From the NCBI GenBank assembly GCA_002269645.1, contig NIVC01001219.1, forward strand, positions 45,253-109,252: a stretch of 64,000 bases of DNA, read 5' to 3'. Of this stretch, positions 62,691 to 64,000 are shown in pieces. How positions within the stretch are numbered: position 1 is the stretch's first letter; each line of letters begins with the position of its first letter. Position numbers and translations under genes: made by a program. The DNA comes from Macrostomum lignano (taxonomy: Eukaryota). Below the pieces are notes generated by a model. It ran no database searches. It was not told where the DNA came from and saw only the letters and a list, made by a program, of their open reading frames with translations.

Positions 62691-64000
62691 ATGTTTTGTT
62701 TTTAGAAGGAATGTCTGTTGTTTTTTATGAAGGCTTTATTTTGCTATTTATTTGTTATTTGTAAAGAACAAAGATTCTATCAAGATGTCCCCATTGGGGG
62801 GCGAAGATTGCTAGTACAAAACTATACTTGTTCAATAGATCAGATTATTCTTTTTAAAATGACACCTTATTACTTGTGATATCTATGCCATACATTATTA
62901 GAAAAGTATTGCAACAATAAAAGACATTTTTGTATTGCAACAATATAATGGTTTTTTAATCTTTTGCATACTAATAGGTAGGAATTCCCTAACCAATGCA
63001 GGGATTTATTTTTTACCAGAGACAAGGTGCAAAATTGCACTTTATGCTCAATTTCAAGGTGCAATTTTCAGGCTCAAAGTGCAATTTATCTTTTTTTCTT
63101 ATTTTTAAGGTAGTACAAATAAGGCTTCAATGGAAAAATAGGTTATGAGACCGCACCTAAACTGCATCCACTTTTCAATTTCAAGGTGCAATTTTAAAAT
63201 TTAAGGTGCCATATGCACACTCTGTGCACAAAAAATAAACCTAGACTATATGCTGGCTCTATGGTGCAATTTTCTATATACTGGATAGGCCCTAGTTTAA
63301 GTTTATGCAACCATTTTTGTCTGTTGTATGCTAGGATTTTCCAATGTATAAAATATTCAGGAGTAAAAGACTATAATTGCTGCTATTTTGCATATTAAGA
63401 TATAATATTTTAAATAAATTTATCATTATCGGATAGGCCTTAGGCTTTGCCTTTCCTAGGCCTTAGAATTATTTTCCTAGACTTATACAGACTTATCACT
63501 AATGACATAAACATAGGTGATAGGCCTAGACAATAACATTACATTGCTATTGGAAAGAAAATATATTGAATTAAATATTGATAATAATGTGAATGAGTGA
63601 TTAGGCCTATTTTTATATCAATAGGCCTAACTAAATAGGCCTAAGTAGGCCTAGGAACAAATAGTAGTAGTACTAGAGGCTATGACGTATTTTGGCTCGA
63701 TCATGTCTAGGCCTATTAGGCAACCGATCAAAAGGGCGACAAAGGCGACAAAGTCATCTATTGTCAAATTGACGAATGGCAAGGCCAAGGCGTTGGATGG
63801 ATGGATGGAGGATATTGATAGGATGGATAGGCCTGACTGTCACGCCTTTACATCATTTTACAATGGTTAAGGGTACTACAGCAAGAGCAAGTTTTTAAAT
63901 GGGACTCCTGTGCAGTGCTGATTGTACTGTGCACCGAGGCAGTAGGTCTAGTAGGCCTAGTAGGCAGCAGCAGTAGTAGTAGTAGTAGTTATTAGTAAGT

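Overview
Eukaryotic genomic DNA with spliceosomal introns, GC-rich exons and many tandem arrays. The overall style suggests a flatworm such as Macrostomum, but that is inference only. I assembled five protein genes by hand. (+) An 8-exon DEG/ENaC channel gene (6907-26475). (-) A 5-exon type II membrane, catalytically dead carboxylesterase/neurotactin-like gene (37675-33232). (-) A 5-exon divergent vasa/DDX4-class helicase with 5 CCHC knuckles (52782-46746). (-) An intronless MRPL42 homologue (53586-53110). (-) An LC3/ATG8 gene (57260/57117-56703). Between the esterase-like gene and vasa lies a nested transposon cluster. A 20-bp minisatellite there is split by a CCCG..CGGG TIR element (2-bp TSD) and by a tyrosine-recombinase (Ngaro/DIRS-class) retrotransposon. 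That retrotransposon lacks its RT core and carries a solo LTR inside its recombinase gene. Two tRNA-derived SINE families, several MITEs and more than 20 distinct tandem arrays (roughly a quarter of the window by hand tally) fill the introns and intergenic DNA. Most supplied ORFs are artefacts of these arrays. Best leads: a candidate MRPL42-vasa (possibly plus LC3) trans-spliced operon, a splice-like RT deletion in the YR element, an inverted repeat pair bracketing frame-symmetric ENaC exons 3-7, and motif substitutions in vasa.
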